Counted from the first letter of the stretch, positions 40,300-49,111 are shown. The stretch: 57,952 nucleotides of DNA from Vicinamibacteria bacterium (GCA_031371345.1 JANMJM010000285.1:1-57952); one strand, 5' to 3'. The notes: generated by a model from the letters alone, not told the origin. Translations and numbers: made by a program.

Positions 40300-40593
40300 G
40301 TGTCTGCGCACATCGTTTCGAAGACGACGTATTACCTGATCTTCGCCACGTTGATGGTGCTGACGCTGGTCACCGTCTTGGTGTCGGCGATCGATCTTGG
40401 AGCGCTCAACACGGTGGTCGCGCTTGCGATCGCCGGGTTCAAGGCGGTGCTGGTCGTGCTCTTCTTCATGCACGTGAAGTACGCCCCTCGGCTCACGAAG
40501 GTCGCTGTCGCTGCCGGAATTTACTGGCTGATGATTCTGCTCGCGCTGACGTTGAGCGATTACCTGACGCGGTGGAGAGGCACGTACGGATAA
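40300..40593 (+). CDS. coxD: Cytochrome c oxidase subunit IV (caa3 type)
   Basis: Three TMs, L.IA..KA.LV.LFFMHVKY, DY.TR. Confidence 0.92.
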   Translation: MSAHIVSKTTYYLIFATLMVLTLVTVLVSAIDLGALNTVVALAIAGFKAVLVVLFFMHVKYAPRLTKVAVAAGIYWLMILLALTLSDYLTRWRGTYG

Positions 40594-40845
40594 CCGGCGC
40601 CGTGCCTTATTACCTCTTTGACCATCTTCGTACCTTTTAGTTCCGATATCGGTTGTTAGATCACGAAGACACGAAGATCGATCGTGCCGCTCTTCGGGAG
40701 ATAGGTGATGTCGTGAACCTCCGGGCCCTTCAGAAATGGACCTTTCGGCTCCCAGCTCCTGCGATCGGGATTCGATGCAGCGAGAAATCCGCCCTTGCGC
40801 GTGCCGATCATCAACAACACTTTTTGCATGAGTAAAATATGTCAT

Positions 40846-41286
40846 ATGAATACCGGTCGATTGATAGCGATTTATGTGAAGCGTGCGCACGGTGGCCCGA
40901 TGGACGCGAAAAACGACGCTCGTCTCGAGACGGCGAAAGGCCTGGTCGGCAATGCCGATTTCGGCGGACGCCGACAAGTGACGCTCGTTGCTCAGGAGCG
41001 ATGGGATCAACTGATGGCCGACGTCGGCGCAACGCTCGCACCCGGAGCGCGCCGCGCGAATTTGATTCTGTCGGGCGTGGACCTCGAAAACACTCGAGGC
41101 CGCACGCTGAACATCGGCGCGTGCGTGCTGAAAATCAACGGCGAAACGCGGCCGTGCGAGCTCATGGAAGAAGCGGCGGCGGGCCTTCAAGCCGCGATGC
41201 GCGAGCACTGGGGCGGAGGGGCATACGCCGAAGTGCTGCAAGGAGGTGTCATCTCGTTAGGTGACGCAGTGACCTGGAAGGTGTAG
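40846..41286 (+). CDS. MOSC domain protein
   Basis: GLVG, RQVTL, RRANL..SG.DL, GETRPC..M, GG.YAEV..GG.I..GD. Start likely ATG 40846. Confidence 0.88.
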   Translation: MNTGRLIAIYVKRAHGGPMDAKNDARLETAKGLVGNADFGGRRQVTLVAQERWDQLMADVGATLAPGARRANLILSGVDLENTRGRTLNIGACVLKINGETRPCELMEEAAAGLQAAMREHWGGGAYAEVLQGGVISLGDAVTWKV

Positions 41287-41360
41287 CGATCCCTGACATC
41301 TTTTGCCTTTTCTGCGGTCGATTTCTACTGCTTTTCCCTCGCGCCTGCCCGATCGTTAAG

Positions 41361-41376
41361 TGGTAGGCATCTTGCT
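41361..41376 (+). promoter_or_regulatory. Putative sigma-54 promoter of the lytic transglycosylase gene
   Basis: TGGTAGGCATCTTGCT = GG-N10-GC with TTGCT. Confidence 0.5.
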
Positions 41377-41389
41377 CCCTCCTTGTGTC

Positions 41390-42034
41390 GTGGAGCTAGG
41401 GGACATCCTCGGAATTAGACGCGAAGAACGCCGGCACGCCGATCGACGTAATGCCGATCGCGGGTCTCAGGAGCGCCGACGCGCCGATCGACGGCGCCGC
41501 ACGCTTCGCGGCCTGGTTTTCGGCATGTTTGCGATGTCGCTTCCGGGTGCATCGCATTTTCAACCGCGCCTGCTCGATGTGAGCCAGCCCGAAGGTTACG
41601 TGTCGACGACGGAAGACTATCGCGCGCTGCCGGCCCCCATCGCCTATAACGACGCCATTGCCGATGCGGCCGATCTGTATCGGCTCGATCCCAATCTCAT
41701 ACGCGCCGTTATTCACGCGGAGTCGGCCTTCAATACGTTTGCGGTGTCGCGGACTGGCGCGCAGGGGTTGATGCAGTTGATGCCGGATGTCGCTGAAGAG
41801 CTCGACGTGCTCGATCCGTTCGATCCCCGTCAGAATATCTTCGGCGGTGCGAAATATCTCAGGGCCTTGCTCGATCGCAATAAAGGCAACGTGGACCTCG
41901 CCGTGGCGAGCTACAACGCCGGACCGGGCGCGGTGTCCCGTTACCGGGGTATTCCGCCGTATCGCGAAACCCGCAATTACGTGAAAACTGTCAGAACCTT
42001 CCTGAAGAACGCGCAGCGCACCGAAGGCGACTAG
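41390..42034 (+). CDS. Membrane-anchored lytic transglycosylase (SLT domain) with Arg-rich N-terminus
   Basis: AVI.AES.FN..AVS..GAQGLMQLMP, NI.GG..YL, A.YNAGPG.V, IPPY.ET..YV. Start GTG 41390 (ORF track starts at 41360). Confidence 0.9.
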   Translation: MELGDILGIRREERRHADRRNADRGSQERRRADRRRRTLRGLVFGMFAMSLPGASHFQPRLLDVSQPEGYVSTTEDYRALPAPIAYNDAIADAADLYRLDPNLIRAVIHAESAFNTFAVSRTGAQGLMQLMPDVAEELDVLDPFDPRQNIFGGAKYLRALLDRNKGNVDLAVASYNAGPGAVSRYRGIPPYRETRNYVKTVRTFLKNAQRTEGD

Positions 42035-42037
42035 GCC

Positions 42038-43048
42038 CTAGGCCACACCGAAGAATCGAATCAGGTAATACGTCAAGGCGCCGATTGCCGCAGAGGCGGG
42101 AATTGTGAGCACCCATGCCCACACGATTTGCCTCGCGACTCCCCAACGGACAGCCGAGAACCGCCGCGTGGCGCCGACACCCACGATTGCTCCGGTGATC
42201 GTGTGCGTCGTGCTGATGCCGATGCCAAGTTGCGTCGCCGTGAAAATTGCGACGGCGGCGCCCGTCTCTGCCGCAAATCCACCCTCGGGGTGCAGCTTGG
42301 TGATCTTCGATCCCATGGTGTGAATGATGCGCCAGCCTCCGGTGAGCGTTCCGAGCCCGATGGCCGTGTGCGCCAGCAGCACGACCCAGAACGGAATCGG
42401 CAGCTCGCCATTCTGCAGTTGCAGATAACCCCCGGTGACAAGCGCGCCGGCGATGATGCCCATGGTTTTCTGCGCGTCGTTCGCGCCATGCATGAGGCTG
42501 AAGGCAGCGGCCGACACGAGCTGTAATCGCCGAAACCAGCGGTCGACGCGGCTCGGAGGCGTCTTGCCGAAGAAAAAATAGATCGCGTTCATCACGAGCA
42601 GACCGACACCCATTCCAATGAGTGGCGCAATCACGATGAAGATCAGCGTACGCGTCCAGCCGGACACGATGACCGCGGCGAAGCCCGCCTTCGCGACCGC
42701 CGCGCCGGCGTACCCGCCGAACAGCGCGTGTGACGAGCTGGTCGGCAAACCGAAGTACCACGTCAGCAAATCCCACACGATGGCGCCCATCAGGCCGGCG
42801 AAGATCACGGCGAACGTGACGACGCTCAAATCGACCATGCCGGAACCGACGGTCTTCGCGACCGCGGTACCGAAGCCGAACGCGGCGACGAAGTTGAAAA
42901 ATGCCGCCCAGATGACCGCCTTCCCAGGCGTGAGCACGCGGGTCGACACCACCGTAGCGATGGAATTCGCCGCATCGTGAAAACCGTTGATGTAGTCGAA
43001 GACGAGGGCAACCAGGATGATGCCCACGATGGCGTATAACGGCGACAT
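42038..43048 (-). CDS. pit: Inorganic phosphate transporter (PiT family)
   Basis: NGFHDAANSIATVVST, GLPTSSSHAL, HGANDAQK.MG, GG.RII.TMG, ISTTH.ITG.I.GVG. Confidence 0.96.
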   Translation of the reverse strand: MSPLYAIVGIILVALVFDYINGFHDAANSIATVVSTRVLTPGKAVIWAAFFNFVAAFGFGTAVAKTVGSGMVDLSVVTFAVIFAGLMGAIVWDLLTWYFGLPTSSSHALFGGYAGAAVAKAGFAAVIVSGWTRTLIFIVIAPLIGMGVGLLVMNAIYFFFGKTPPSRVDRWFRRLQLVSAAAFSLMHGANDAQKTMGIIAGALVTGGYLQLQNGELPIPFWVVLLAHTAIGLGTLTGGWRIIHTMGSKITKLHPEGGFAAETGAAVAIFTATQLGIGISTTHTITGAIVGVGATRRFSAVRWGVARQIVWAWVLTIPASAAIGALTYYLIRFFGVA

Positions 43049-43066
43049 GAAGGCAGGCGTCTCCGG

Positions 43067-43690
43067 TTAGGCGTTCTTCACGACGACGCCTTCCAACAGG
43101 TTGGCGACGTCTTCACAGCGGTCGGTCGCTTCTTCGAGAAAATCCAGAATTTCCTTCCACTTGATGATCATCACGGGATCGCGCTCCTCGTCGAATAACC
43201 GCCGCAGCGATTCCTCGTGAACGCGGTCGGCCTCGTTTTCCAGGCGGTTGATCTCGACGGCGCGCTGCGCGACACCGGTCTTTTTTTCGAGCGCCTCTAG
43301 GGCGTGGCGCACCTGGTCGACGCTCAGCGACACCACGTGCGCGAGCTCGCGCGCGCCGTACCGCACGGTGCCGATCTTGTAGAGCCGGATGACCTTCGCG
43401 CACGCGTCCACGGCGTCCATCACATCGTCGAGTGACTTGGCCAGGGCATGAATGTCTTCGCGATCGATCGGCGTCACAAAGGTCGTGTTCAAGCGCGAGA
43501 TGATCTGGTGCGTGAGGTGGTCGCACTTGTGCTCCACCTCTTTAATCTCTTCGGCCTTATCCCAGATGGCCGGGTCGCGCGCCAGCATCTCCTCGAGCAG
43601 CCCGGCACCGATGCGAAGCTGGTCGGCCAGCGTGACGAACTGGTCGTAAAAGTCTTCATTTCTGGGGATAAGGCGGAATCGGAAGCCCAA
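43067..43690 (-). CDS. DUF47 / PhoU-like Pit accessory protein
   Basis: EH.CD, L..TF.TPIDREDI..L...LDDV.D, LENEAD, WKEI...LE.ATD.CEDVA; upstream of pit. Confidence 0.93.
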   Translation of the reverse strand: MGFRFRLIPRNEDFYDQFVTLADQLRIGAGLLEEMLARDPAIWDKAEEIKEVEHKCDHLTHQIISRLNTTFVTPIDREDIHALAKSLDDVMDAVDACAKVIRLYKIGTVRYGARELAHVVSLSVDQVRHALEALEKKTGVAQRAVEINRLENEADRVHEESLRRLFDEERDPVMIIKWKEILDFLEEATDRCEDVANLLEGVVVKNA

Positions 43691-43706
43691 AGCGTCTCCT
43701 TTTGAC

Positions 43707-43763
43707 CGTTACAGCCCTGCGATCTTATCAGAGTCGTTACAGAGGCGTTACAACACCGTTATC
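43707..43763 (-). promoter_or_regulatory. Candidate Pho-box array upstream of DUF47-pit
   Basis: CGTTAC/CGTTAT units with GTTA at 43736, 43747, 43758 (11-bp period), plus another at 43708; reads TGTAACG on the pit sense strand. Confidence 0.7.
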
Positions 43764-43874
43764 TGGCCGGGTCTGGAGCTCCTTGCGAACTCCAGCGTCG
43801 GGGCGAGGAAATCTGGCCCCGGTTTCACTCACGGGTGTATAAACGTCTCGCTTCGGTCATTTGAGGAGGATGCC

Positions 43875-45014
43875 ATGTCTCCTGCCCGCCTCCGTATCGA
43901 TCTACGAGTTCTCACGATGTTCTTGGTCGTCGCCCTCCCGCTCCTGGCCCTCGGTGTCATTCTCGTTCTCGGCAGCGGCCAGGCGCGCTTACGGGATTCA
44001 TATGGCCGCCACTTGGCGGAAGTGGCACGCCAGACTGCGGCGACCGTCGATGCGTACTTTTTCCGCCGCATCCTCGACGTGTCGATTCTCGCCCGCGTCC
44101 CCGACGTCCAGCGCGTGTCTGCCAGCGAAAGTCAGAGGCCCCCGAACGCGGATGAAATCCGCAACCTGGACCATCAGTGGACGACCGAGCGTGTGCTGCC
44201 TTCTACGCCCCTTGTCACACAAATCATGACCAACCCTGCCGCGCGCTTCTTCGCGGGCATCGCCGAACATGATTCAATTTACCGGGAGATCATGCTGGCC
44301 GACCGCTTCGGACGGCTGGTCGCCGCCTCCAATCGGACCAGCGACTACTACCAGTCCGACGAAGACTGGTGGAAGGAGGCGTTCGATGATGGCGTGCGCG
44401 GGCGAGTGAGCATCAGCGACGTCCTCTGGGACGAGAGCGCACGAGTCTTCGCCATTGACATTGCCGTTCCAGTACTGGATCCGGTCACGGGGAATCTCGT
44501 CGGCATTCTGAAGACCTCCGCCGATACGCGTGAAATGCTCGCCGCGGTTGCCGGCATTCAGCTGGGCTCGACGGGACAGGCCGTGGCCGTCAGAGAAGAC
44601 GGCGTGATTGTCTTTGGCAAGCCGCAGACGTCTTCTCGGGAGCGGCCGCAGTTCTTCGCAGCGGACTTACTTCGCGAGCGGCTCGGGGCGGCGCGCAAAA
44701 CGATGACTCCGGAATTCGTGACCCACTTCTCCGCCCGAGACGCCGATGGGCACAACCAGCTCATCGGGATCGCGCCGAGCCAGTTAGGGCGGACGTTCCC
44801 ACACTTATCCTGGTGGATCGCGGTGTATCAAGCCGACGAGGAATTGCTCGAACCCGTTCGCAATCAGTTCTGGCACCTGCTGCTGGTGTTCGCGCTGGCC
44901 GTGATCGCGGTGCTTGGACTGGCGTTGTGGTTTTCGATGCGCTTGGCCGCGCCAGCCTTGGAAGTAGGCATCGGCGCGGAGCACTTGGCATCGAAGACGG
45001 TGGAGAATGTGTAA
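43875..45014 (+). CDS. Two-TM membrane protein with periplasmic (d)Cache-like sensor domain and no cytoplasmic output domain
   Basis: N-terminal TM; EI...DR.GRLVAAS..TSDY.Q.DE.WW..A, I.IAVPV......VGILK Cache signature; second TM followed by only about 25 residues; GAGGAGG RBS. Confidence 0.8.
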   Translation: MSPARLRIDLRVLTMFLVVALPLLALGVILVLGSGQARLRDSYGRHLAEVARQTAATVDAYFFRRILDVSILARVPDVQRVSASESQRPPNADEIRNLDHQWTTERVLPSTPLVTQIMTNPAARFFAGIAEHDSIYREIMLADRFGRLVAASNRTSDYYQSDEDWWKEAFDDGVRGRVSISDVLWDESARVFAIDIAVPVLDPVTGNLVGILKTSADTREMLAAVAGIQLGSTGQAVAVREDGVIVFGKPQTSSRERPQFFAADLLRERLGAARKTMTPEFVTHFSARDADGHNQLIGIAPSQLGRTFPHLSWWIAVYQADEELLEPVRNQFWHLLLVFALAVIAVLGLALWFSMRLAAPALEVGIGAEHLASKTVENV

Positions 45015-45025
45015 TTGGAATGGCG

Positions 45026-45054
45026 TTGACAAGCGCCATGGGCGAGCCTACCGT
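45026..45054 (+). promoter_or_regulatory. Putative sigma70 promoter
   Basis: TTGACA (45026-45031), 17 bp, TACCGT (45049-45054); the -35 lies within the imperfect palindrome ATGGCGTTGACAAGCGCCAT. Confidence 0.55.
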
Positions 45055-45149
45055 GTAATTAGATCCATTGAACGTCGCGAAGCGTTGGGGGCGGATGGAT
45101 CGCACGTTTGATAGAGCCCCCGGCAACGTCAGAAAGGAGGTCTGTGGCA

Positions 45150-45233
45150 ATGAATAATAGCGCTGAAGGAACTCCGCCGAACCACCAGGACCGCGGTCCA
45201 TGGATGCTGCTTAGCTGCCTCCGGAGCGTCTGA
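45150..45233 (+). CDS. Putative 27-aa small protein MNNSAEGTPPNHQDRGPWMLLSCLRSV
   Basis: AGAAAGGAGGT (45131-45141) 8 nt before ATG 45150; below the ORF-track cutoff; no recognisable family. Confidence 0.4.
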   Translation: MNNSAEGTPPNHQDRGPWMLLSCLRSV

Positions 45234-45426
45234 CACGTCAAAGAGAATCGCCACGCGGCCTCAGGTCAGTTGCCCTTAGGCAACCATAGTAATAGCGACG
45301 AACAACAGCGGGCCGTAGAGATGGCATGACTCCCTCGCGCAGCGGATTGACCGGGGTTCGCGACGCAGCATTTTCCACTGGGACGCGGCGACAATGTCTC
45401 ATTCGTCACGCGCACTAAGCGCCGTA

Positions 45427-45465
45427 GAGGGCATCTTTCCCGGGAAAGGTGCCCTCCTCGTTTTT
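45427..45465 (+). terminator. Intrinsic terminator
   Basis: GAGGGCATCTTTC-CCGG-GAAAGGTGCCCTC stem-loop followed by CTCGTTTTT. Confidence 0.7.
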
Positions 45466-45548
45466 CAACGTGCGTTCGGAATGGCCCCCACGCGACGTCA
45501 TGACGATTGCTCGCCGAAGCCACCGGCCTGGTGGCGGCAAGACTCGCC

Positions 45549-45603
45549 CGTTACACCACCGTCATAATCCGTGAATTAACGGCGACGTTACAACTCCGTC
45601 GCA
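45549..45603. promoter_or_regulatory. Candidate Pho boxes upstream of the TonB receptor
   Basis: CGTTACA-N4-CGTCATA (45549-45566) and CGTTACA-N4-CGTCGCA (45586-45603), each an 11-bp-period pair. Confidence 0.6.
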
Positions 45604-45679
45604 GCCTCCTTGTACCGGACCTCTACTCTCGAACTGTCTGAAATTTCACTTTTCTTTCATAAGAGGCACAGAGGTGCAC

Positions 45680-48600
45680 ATGACATCAACAACGACGTGG
45701 CTGCGGCTTTCCCTCGCCTTCGCGCTAGCCGGCGCATTGGCGATGCCAGCGGGGCTCGCCGCCCAGGCGGACACGCGCATCGCGGGGACCGTGCGCGACA
45801 GTTCCGGAAGCTCGGTTGCCAACGCGCAGGTTTCCGTCAAGAACGGCAAGACCGGCGAAGTGCGACAGGCCACGACCAATCAACAGGGATACTTCATCAT
45901 CGGAAATCTGAAACCCTCGGTCTACACGATCAAGGTCGAGATGACGAGTTTTGCGCCGCTCGAATATCCCCAGATGGAGGTTCGGGCCGCGCAGGAGCTC
46001 GGCCTCGACTTCGAGCTTCACCCCGCGGGCGTGCAGGAATCGGTTACTGTGCAGGCCGATGCCACGGTCGTGGACATGAGCTCCGCGCGGATCGGCGCCA
46101 ACGTGACGCAGCTCGAAGTGAATTCGCTCCCCATCAACGGACGCCAGATGTCGCAACTGGTGCTGCAGGCACCGGGATCGGTGAACATCGGCACCGGCAC
46201 GTGGCAGGAAATCCGATTCAGCGGCCGCGCCGTGAATCAGAATGTCGTCAAATACGACGGCATCGAGGGCTCGGCCATCATCGACGCCTCACCGGGGAAT
46301 CTCAACGGCGAAGTGCCCACGCCCTTCAAGCTTCAGGCAAGCCTCGAGAACGTGCAGGAGTTTCGCGTCGAGTCGAGCAACTTTCCCGCCGAGTACGGCA
46401 CGGGCACGGGCGGTCAAATCAACGTCGTCACGAAATCGGGCGCCAACGCCGTGCACGGCGCGCTGTTCGAGTACCTCCGCAACGACAAGCTCGACGCTCC
46501 CAACTATTTCGATTCCACCAGAAACAACGATGGCAGTATCAAAGAGACACTGCCGAAGTCGCTGCTCCGCCAACACCAGTTCGGCGGATCGGTCGGCGGA
46601 CCCATTGCGCGCGACAAGGCGTTTTACTTCGGAAGCTTCGAGAGCTATCGCCTGAGGGCCGGCGTGAACTTCGTCGAGGCGGTCCCGAGCGACATCGCCG
46701 CCGCGCGCGCAGTACCGGCTGTCGCGCCGCTGATTGCCGGATTCCGCTCGCCGAGGGCCGTTCTTCTGCCCGGCGCATCGACCAATCCCGATCTCGACAT
46801 CGTCCAGCTCCAAGGTCAACAGGACGTCGACGAAAATGCCTTCAGCGCGCGCATCGACTTTCATGTGAACCGGACGTGGTCGAGCTACGTGCGTGTCTTC
46901 CATGACCAGGGCACGAGCCTGCAGCCCGAAGGGGTGTCAGGTCGTTCGGTTCGAATCACCGATAATCCCAGCAACGCGGTCTGGCAACTACAGGGTCTCC
47001 TGGGGAACAGCGCGCTCAACGAACTCAAGGTCGGGTACAACGCGGCGCCGACACGCATCAACGGCCTCGCGCCGGTCGTGAACGGCGTCGATTGGTCGAA
47101 CATCACCGTCAACATCAGCGGGTCGGTCGCCAATACGGGCATCGCCGGCCAAGGCGCTTCCTCCGGAATCGCCATTCCTGGAGGTCTGGTGCGGTCCAAC
47201 AGCGCGACCAACGGACGCGGCCAGCCGTACGACCCGTACTCGATCTCGCTCGTCGACAACGTGAGCCGCACGGCCGGTAATCACTACGTCAAGATCGGCG
47301 GCGAAGTCCGACTGATCCGCATGACCACCGACCGCCTGGGCGGCACCACGTACACCTATTCGAACCTCGCGAACTTCCTGACGAACACTCTTCAGCAGGT
47401 GCAGTATCTTGGCGACGTCAGCGCGCCCAGCGTGTACAACAACGGCGCAACCGGCCCTCGTCACACGGTGCAGAACTATTACGTTGGTTACGCCCAGGAC
47501 GAGTGGCGGATGCGGCAGAACATGACAATGAATTACGGCTTGCGGTACGAGTACTACACGCCGATGACGGAACGTGACGACTTGCTGGTGAAGTACAACG
47601 TGGACACCGGCACAATTGACCCGTCGACGACCTCGCCCTACCAGTCGCGGAAGACGAATTTGTTGCCGCGGTTTGCGCTGACATGGTCGCCGAACGAGAG
47701 CACGCTGCTGCGCGGCGGCGTGGGAGTGTACGTCGGTCCGGGGCAGCCCGAAGATCAGATTCAGCCGATCGAAAGCGATCGCGTGAGCTCGACGCTTACC
47801 GGTGGGACGTATCCGCTGAATGTTCCCGCGACCGTTGCGGCGTTCGCGGCGGATCCGAACAATAGAAATTTCCAGCCTCGCGCCTACACGAATAACTACA
47901 CGATTCCTGAGCGCATCTATCAGTACACGCTGTCGGTTCAGCAACAGCTTCCTGCGCGTTTCACGCTGACGGCGGCGTATGTCGGCAGCCAGGGACGCAA
48001 TCTGTTTCTGCGCAGCGTGACGAATCAGATCACCAGGCTGATTCAAACGAGTCCAACGGCGAGCGCAACCGTCGTTCGGCAATGGGACATCGTGCAGCCT
48101 GATGGCGTCACGGTCCGGCGCCCCTTCGCGGAAATCGACATCAAGACGAGCGGCGGCCGCGACAAGTACAGCGCCATGCAGCTGCAACTGACGCGACGCG
48201 CCGGCAGCGTCACGATGAATACGCAGTACACGTTTGGCAAGAGCTTCGGCAATACTGGCGGATCGAACGAGGCGCTGACCGCCGCAAACAATGCCGTGAA
48301 CCTCGCGGACTTCGAGTACGACATGGGCTACAACAACGCCGACATCCGACACACCTACAATACGAGCCTCATCTGGCAAGTGCCGGTTGGCCGTGGGCGC
48401 GCGCACGATTTGGGCATGATGAACGCGTTGATCGGTGGATGGGACCTCGGCGGCATCCTGAATGCGCGAAGCGGACTGCCGATTGACGTGCGTGTCACAC
48501 GGCCTGATGTGGTGTACGTCGACAGCGCGACGGGAGGGGTCTACACCGGAGCTGCAGTGGGCCGCGCGGCCGTCATCAATACTCCCGGCGGCGGCTCGTC

Positions 48601-49045
48601 GCGCAACGTCCGGCGCCCCGACGTCGTCCCGGGCGTCGATCCGTTCATCACGAGCGGCGGCCTGCTCTTCCTGAATCCCGCGGCGTTCTCGATTCCTCAG
48701 CCAGGCACCTTCGGTAACTTGCAGCGCGGAAAGTTGCACGGACCCGGCTTCGCACAGCTCGACCTCGTCGCGGCCAAGCACTGGGCCGTTGGGCGCGGCG
48801 GGCAAGATGCCGAGTTCCGCATCGAAGCGTTCAACGTGACAAATCGCAATAACTTCATGAATCCAGTCGCGACGCTTCCCAACGCACTACCGGCAAATCC
48901 TGGCGTGGTCAACACGGTGCAGCCGGGCGAGGCCTTTACCTCGGGCGCCGCAGGGACGTTCGGCCGACTGACGAGCACAGTAGGAAGAACCGTTGGGCTT
49001 GGAACCAACAGGCAAATGCAGTTCGCATTCAGGTTTAATTTCTAG
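45680..49045 (+). CDS. Large TonB-dependent receptor (Oar-like, carboxypeptidase-regulatory N-terminus)
   Basis: Signal peptide, G.V.D.SG..V.NA.V, LPINGR, VQEFRV, AEYG..TGG.INVVTKSG.N, YLRND.LDA.NYF, YAQDEW, NYGLRYEY, terminal RQMQFAFRFNF. Confidence 0.93.
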   Translation: MTSTTTWLRLSLAFALAGALAMPAGLAAQADTRIAGTVRDSSGSSVANAQVSVKNGKTGEVRQATTNQQGYFIIGNLKPSVYTIKVEMTSFAPLEYPQMEVRAAQELGLDFELHPAGVQESVTVQADATVVDMSSARIGANVTQLEVNSLPINGRQMSQLVLQAPGSVNIGTGTWQEIRFSGRAVNQNVVKYDGIEGSAIIDASPGNLNGEVPTPFKLQASLENVQEFRVESSNFPAEYGTGTGGQINVVTKSGANAVHGALFEYLRNDKLDAPNYFDSTRNNDGSIKETLPKSLLRQHQFGGSVGGPIARDKAFYFGSFESYRLRAGVNFVEAVPSDIAAARAVPAVAPLIAGFRSPRAVLLPGASTNPDLDIVQLQGQQDVDENAFSARIDFHVNRTWSSYVRVFHDQGTSLQPEGVSGRSVRITDNPSNAVWQLQGLLGNSALNELKVGYNAAPTRINGLAPVVNGVDWSNITVNISGSVANTGIAGQGASSGIAIPGGLVRSNSATNGRGQPYDPYSISLVDNVSRTAGNHYVKIGGEVRLIRMTTDRLGGTTYTYSNLANFLTNTLQQVQYLGDVSAPSVYNNGATGPRHTVQNYYVGYAQDEWRMRQNMTMNYGLRYEYYTPMTERDDLLVKYNVDTGTIDPSTTSPYQSRKTNLLPRFALTWSPNESTLLRGGVGVYVGPGQPEDQIQPIESDRVSSTLTGGTYPLNVPATVAAFAADPNNRNFQPRAYTNNYTIPERIYQYTLSVQQQLPARFTLTAAYVGSQGRNLFLRSVTNQITRLIQTSPTASATVVRQWDIVQPDGVTVRRPFAEIDIKTSGGRDKYSAMQLQLTRRAGSVTMNTQYTFGKSFGNTGGSNEALTAANNAVNLADFEYDMGYNNADIRHTYNTSLIWQVPVGRGRAHDLGMMNALIGGWDLGGILNARSGLPIDVRVTRPDVVYVDSATGGVYTGAAVGRAAVINTPGGGSSRNVRRPDVVPGVDPFITSGGLLFLNPAAFSIPQPGTFGNLQRGKLHGPGFAQLDLVAAKHWAVGRGGQDAEFRIEAFNVTNRNNFMNPVATLPNALPANPGVVNTVQPGEAFTSGAAGTFGRLTSTVGRTVGLGTNRQMQFAFRFNF

Positions 49046-49063
49046 TTCGGGATGACGCTCGAC

Positions 49064-49093
49064 AGGGGCGGTCGCCGTGACCGCCCCTTTTTT
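49064..49093 (+). terminator. Intrinsic terminator after the TBDR
   Basis: AGGGGCGGTC-GCCGT-GACCGCCCCT followed by a T run. Confidence 0.85.
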
Positions 49094-49111
49094 ATGTACG
49101 TGAGAGATGCA

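Noticed and set aside
40594-40845. 60-aa ORF 40653-40835 or an ncRNA after coxD
   Set aside because: TTG start without RBS, includes a degenerate CACGAAGA repeat, no motif or convincing structure.
45087-45380. Possible tmRNA (GGGGGCGGA... 5' end, GACCGGGGTTCG near 45349, short NSDEQQRAVEMA* frame)
   Set aside because: No TTCGAC after the 5' stem, the T-arm cannot pair (no CCCCG after GTTCG), no ...CCACCA end, and the peptide does not end in an ALAA-like tag.
46988-48805. Long antisense/alternate-frame ORFs (e.g. 605 aa here, 410 aa at 5526-6758, 397 aa at 55250-56443)
   Set aside because: They overlap well-supported genes, lack motifs and are expected shadows in high-GC DNA.
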